DNA of 63,401 bases, filler included, from Sphacelaria rigidula (Eukaryota): NCBI GenBank assembly GCA_964200075.2. It is 7 parts of 7 records of this genome, joined end to end, with 100 filler letters (N's around TTAATTAATTAA, not from the genome) between each part and the next. Parts side by side here need not be neighbours in the genome. Positions count along the whole stretch, not along the records: positions 54,431 to 63,401 come from CAXNAA020009614.1; 6 more parts are not named here. One strand, given 5' to 3'. The notes under the pieces are model-generated. The model was given only the letters and a program-made list of their open reading frames with translations, ran no database searches and was not told the origin of the DNA. Position numbers and translations under genes: made by a program. Of the stretch, positions 60,635-63,401 are shown in pieces; position 1 is the first letter of the stretch, and each line of letters opens with the position of its first letter.

Positions 60635-62003
60635 TTTGTTCGTTTTTTTTTTTTTTAATTTTCTGTTTTTCTTTTCTTTCATATGTTCTTTTTTCTTTGT
60701 TGCTATTGCTGTTGCTGTTTCTGTTCCTGTTTCTACTTTTCGTTCATGTTTCTTTCTATTGTGTTTGTTTCATTTTTATTTTTGCTTTTGTGTGCATCCA
60801 TCATTTTTCAGTGCCCTCTGTTCTATATTTCTATATATACACACATATAAATATACATCTTCACTTCCCGTTTCTCGAGCTCGAGTGCTCCCGTTTTCTA
60901 TTTACCTTGAGGTTGTCTTACTCCTTGACAATGAACACTGCTGGATTATGACTCCTAGGAGATCAATTAATGCCAGACAAGCACATAGTCCATTATCGAT
61001 CTATGGATATGAGTAGGTTAACCCAAGCGATTCTCAGCGACGATCAAAGCCCTAACCGTACGTAAAGTTTCGCTGCTCTAAGCTCCGCTGCAGAAGGGAT
61101 CCGAAAACGCCTTCCTAGAACCTTATTTCTGGATTCATCACATTCGACATGTCTCACGGAAGTATGTGTTGACACCGTGAACTGTGACTGCATTGCACAC
61201 GTATCATGAAAACTAGCATCGGACTAATGCCGAGATAGCCCCCCCACAAAATGTGCACCGGCACCATCCAACGAACTGGCTGCGATCCCACTATTGGGCT
61301 TGTTTGCAGCAATTTTGTCCACATGAGAGGCGTGTAGCAGTCCGAAATCAGCTATACTGCCCAAGTCAGTCGCTTCGTGCAGCACGAAACCAGCTTTAAC
61401 GGCAGTTATGATCATCGCCTCCGTGCACGTGTTCGGCCGGTTTTGGGGGGGGGGCATCTCGGCAGCAGTCATCGTTTCACTAGCAGAGTACGGTACAAGC
61501 ATTTTTTGTTAGCATATTTTTATATCCTATTCTATTTTATTTCATTTATTTTTTTCTCAGAAGAAGCCGCCCGTTGATGAGCGATTTTATCTCATGTAAA
61601 GGAGGAGCCGTGACGGTACTGGAAAGGTGAGACCCTACGCCTGTGACCACGGGTTCGAGAGGTCGGCTTAGCGTGCGGAAAAAAACAAAAATAATAGTAA
61701 TGTCGATCCTTCCCTCCCACCCTCCCTCCCTCTCCCCCTCCTCCTACCCCCCCCCCTAGTGACAGGTCATACTCCAGCAGCCTTACTGCTTCCGCGATCT
61801 TTGGTGTTGGCGACGGCGGAGACAAGACGGCCGAGGCTCGAGTGGCGGCCTCAGCAAATGTCATCGAAGGGGGGGATGAAAGTAGTGATACGGGCGGGAT
61901 GGGGATGGTGGGCACTTCGACTAAGTGGCAGGGGAGAGCCCTCGACACTCAAATGGTGATGAGCTCGACCATGTCCAAGAAATCTTACATCGTCGCTGTT
62001 CAG
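60253..62003 (+). CDS. Ankyrin-repeat protein, partial. Exons 60253-60384 and 61766-62003
   Basis: ALVRLTNKAGETPLHMAAQG is a canonical ankyrin motif. CTCAG acceptor, GG|GTACGT donor, phase-2 join to the GACAG acceptor at 61765. Confidence 0.72.
60598..60630 (+). repeat. (TG)n microsatellite
   Basis: Seen directly. Confidence 0.95.
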
Positions 62004-62070
62004 GTACGGTGTGTTGCCCAGCTAGTCTGTTCGTTTCTCTGACACCGCTCTTCGTTTCACCGTCCGGGGC

Positions 62071-62768
62071 GAGCAACGCTACGGTAGGGGTTGCACGTTT
62101 TCAGGGGAAACATTTCTCGGGGCTGCTCGGGGTGTTTGTCGGACGGGTCATTTGGAGAATCGGTATCATTTTTCAAGGGCAGGTCGAGTAGAGTATACTC
62201 AATTGCGGGGTATTTTGAACGACGCAATTGAGGTACTCAAATTAGGGTAGAGTGACAGGAGCCGTACCCAAGAAATAGCTGGAAAGCGATCCCTGATTCC
62301 CTTCCCCCAATTTGAATACTTTAAGTACGACTTTCAAAATACCCCGCGATTGAGTATCCTCTACTCGGTTTGCCCTTTCAATTTTAACTGAAAAAAGACT
62401 GAAAATGATGCCGATTCACGAAAAGGCCCCTGCGTGCAAACACCATGTGTCTGGAAGTCCGGTCTCCGGAGATTTGGGTCGCACAGTAGAGAGTTTTGGG
62501 AAACTATTTTTTGTCATTTCAGAGTGCAAGTATCTCAGGATCGGAGCGTAACGAAACGTTGTTTCCCCCTCCGTCAAATGTGGTATCCCCCTAACTGTTT
62601 TCGTTGAGTTTTTTTTTTTCTACACTCTGATCCTGAGATATTTGCACTGTTCCATGACAAAAAAGCGTTTTCCGAACATCTCCGGTAAGCCTCAAATATT
62701 TAGGCTCCTACAAGGAGGAGAGATCCAGAAACAAAAAAGCGTAACCCTTACCGCAGCATTCATTGCTC
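62071..62768. mobile_element. ~700-bp relative of the GAG..CTC MITE family, with a nested insertion
   Basis: GAGCAACGCTACGGTAGGGGTTGCAC at the left end and GTAACCCTTACCGCAGCATTCATTGCTC at the right end. Confidence 0.65.
62176..62376. mobile_element. 201-bp fold-back MITE AGGGC..GCCCT
   Basis: ~45-bp TIR. TTCA duplicated at 62172-62175 and 62377-62380. Confidence 0.8.
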
Positions 62769-63401
62769 GGGTAAACAGATTGGTACGCGTGCGTACGCAA
62801 CAAGTGATCGATCACCGGTATCGACAAGTCAGCGGCTCGCACAGAGTAGGATGAAAAAGAATAGCACACCATCGCCAATTACACTGGTGAGACACGGAGT
62901 GAACGCAAGGTCGTATACTGGGTAGGCCACGGAGGTCATGAGAATGCTAGTACCCAACGATCAAATTGCGCCCCGGTGATCTAAGTAAAAACAAACGATA
63001 GAGCTGACATCCCGCTAGGAAAGAAAAGCTTTCGAATTTTTCAACTCTGGAAAATGTATGCGGAGCATTTTGTTTTTTCGCGAAGAAAGTGTCTGATTTT
63101 CGGCCGCTGAAAGAGTAAAGACACGATCAGCGATGGGAATGTATTTGATTGGAGGCCACGTGGTACAAGAGGAGCAAGTGTCAAGCTCAATCCCATCCGC
63201 GAAAGTATCAAAATGTAAGGCGTGCACACAACGGGGGGGAAATGGATGGCGGGGTTGATTGGTCTCGTGAAACTGAGGACTCTTGTTGAGGAAGGGGGGC
63301 TCGGGGGGAAGGGGGGGGGGGGGGGGGGGGGACGGAACTGGGGGAAAAAAGAAAAAAAGAAAAAAAAAAGGCCTGTAGAACGGGAAATACCCCTCCTTTG
63401 G

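Noticed and set aside
61224-61502. Protein-like minus-strand ORF (also 55286..55780 and 60212..60445)
   Set aside because: Antisense to or intronic in the better-supported plus-strand ankyrin gene, with no domain evidence.

Overview
This is eukaryotic nuclear DNA, most likely from a brown alga (Phaeophyceae). That assignment is inferred from GT-AG intron-rich genes, roughly balanced GC, CCCTAA/TTAGGG-type repeats and the style of the repeat families. The window is not one locus. It is seven unrelated, size-sorted contigs (8973, 8972, 8972, 8971, 8971, 8971, 8971 bp) joined by artificial 100-bp N44-TTAATTAATTAA-N44 spacers, so nothing across a spacer is real linkage. Partial spliced genes can be reconstructed for a Rubisco-LSMT/SETD3-type SET methyltransferase (contig 3), EMC8/9 exon 1 (contig 4), a gelsolin/villin-repeat protein (contig 5), a multi-pass membrane protein with a TRP-like (DUF907-type) TM region and PPxY repeats (contig 6), and an ankyrin-repeat protein (contig 7). 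The rest is dense, often nested non-autonomous transposons: hAT elements with 8-bp TSDs, Stowaway/mariner MITEs with transposase remnants, Harbinger-like fold-backs, TGT..ACA Ginger-like elements and two tRNA-derived SINE families. The most unusual object is a 262-bp TGT..ACA element with a perfect 5-bp TSD whose ends are loop-less palindromes built from a tRNA-like Pol III head (29696-29957). No CRISPR array, rRNA, intact tRNA or prokaryotic operon is supported. All family assignments come from motif recognition by eye; no database searches were run.
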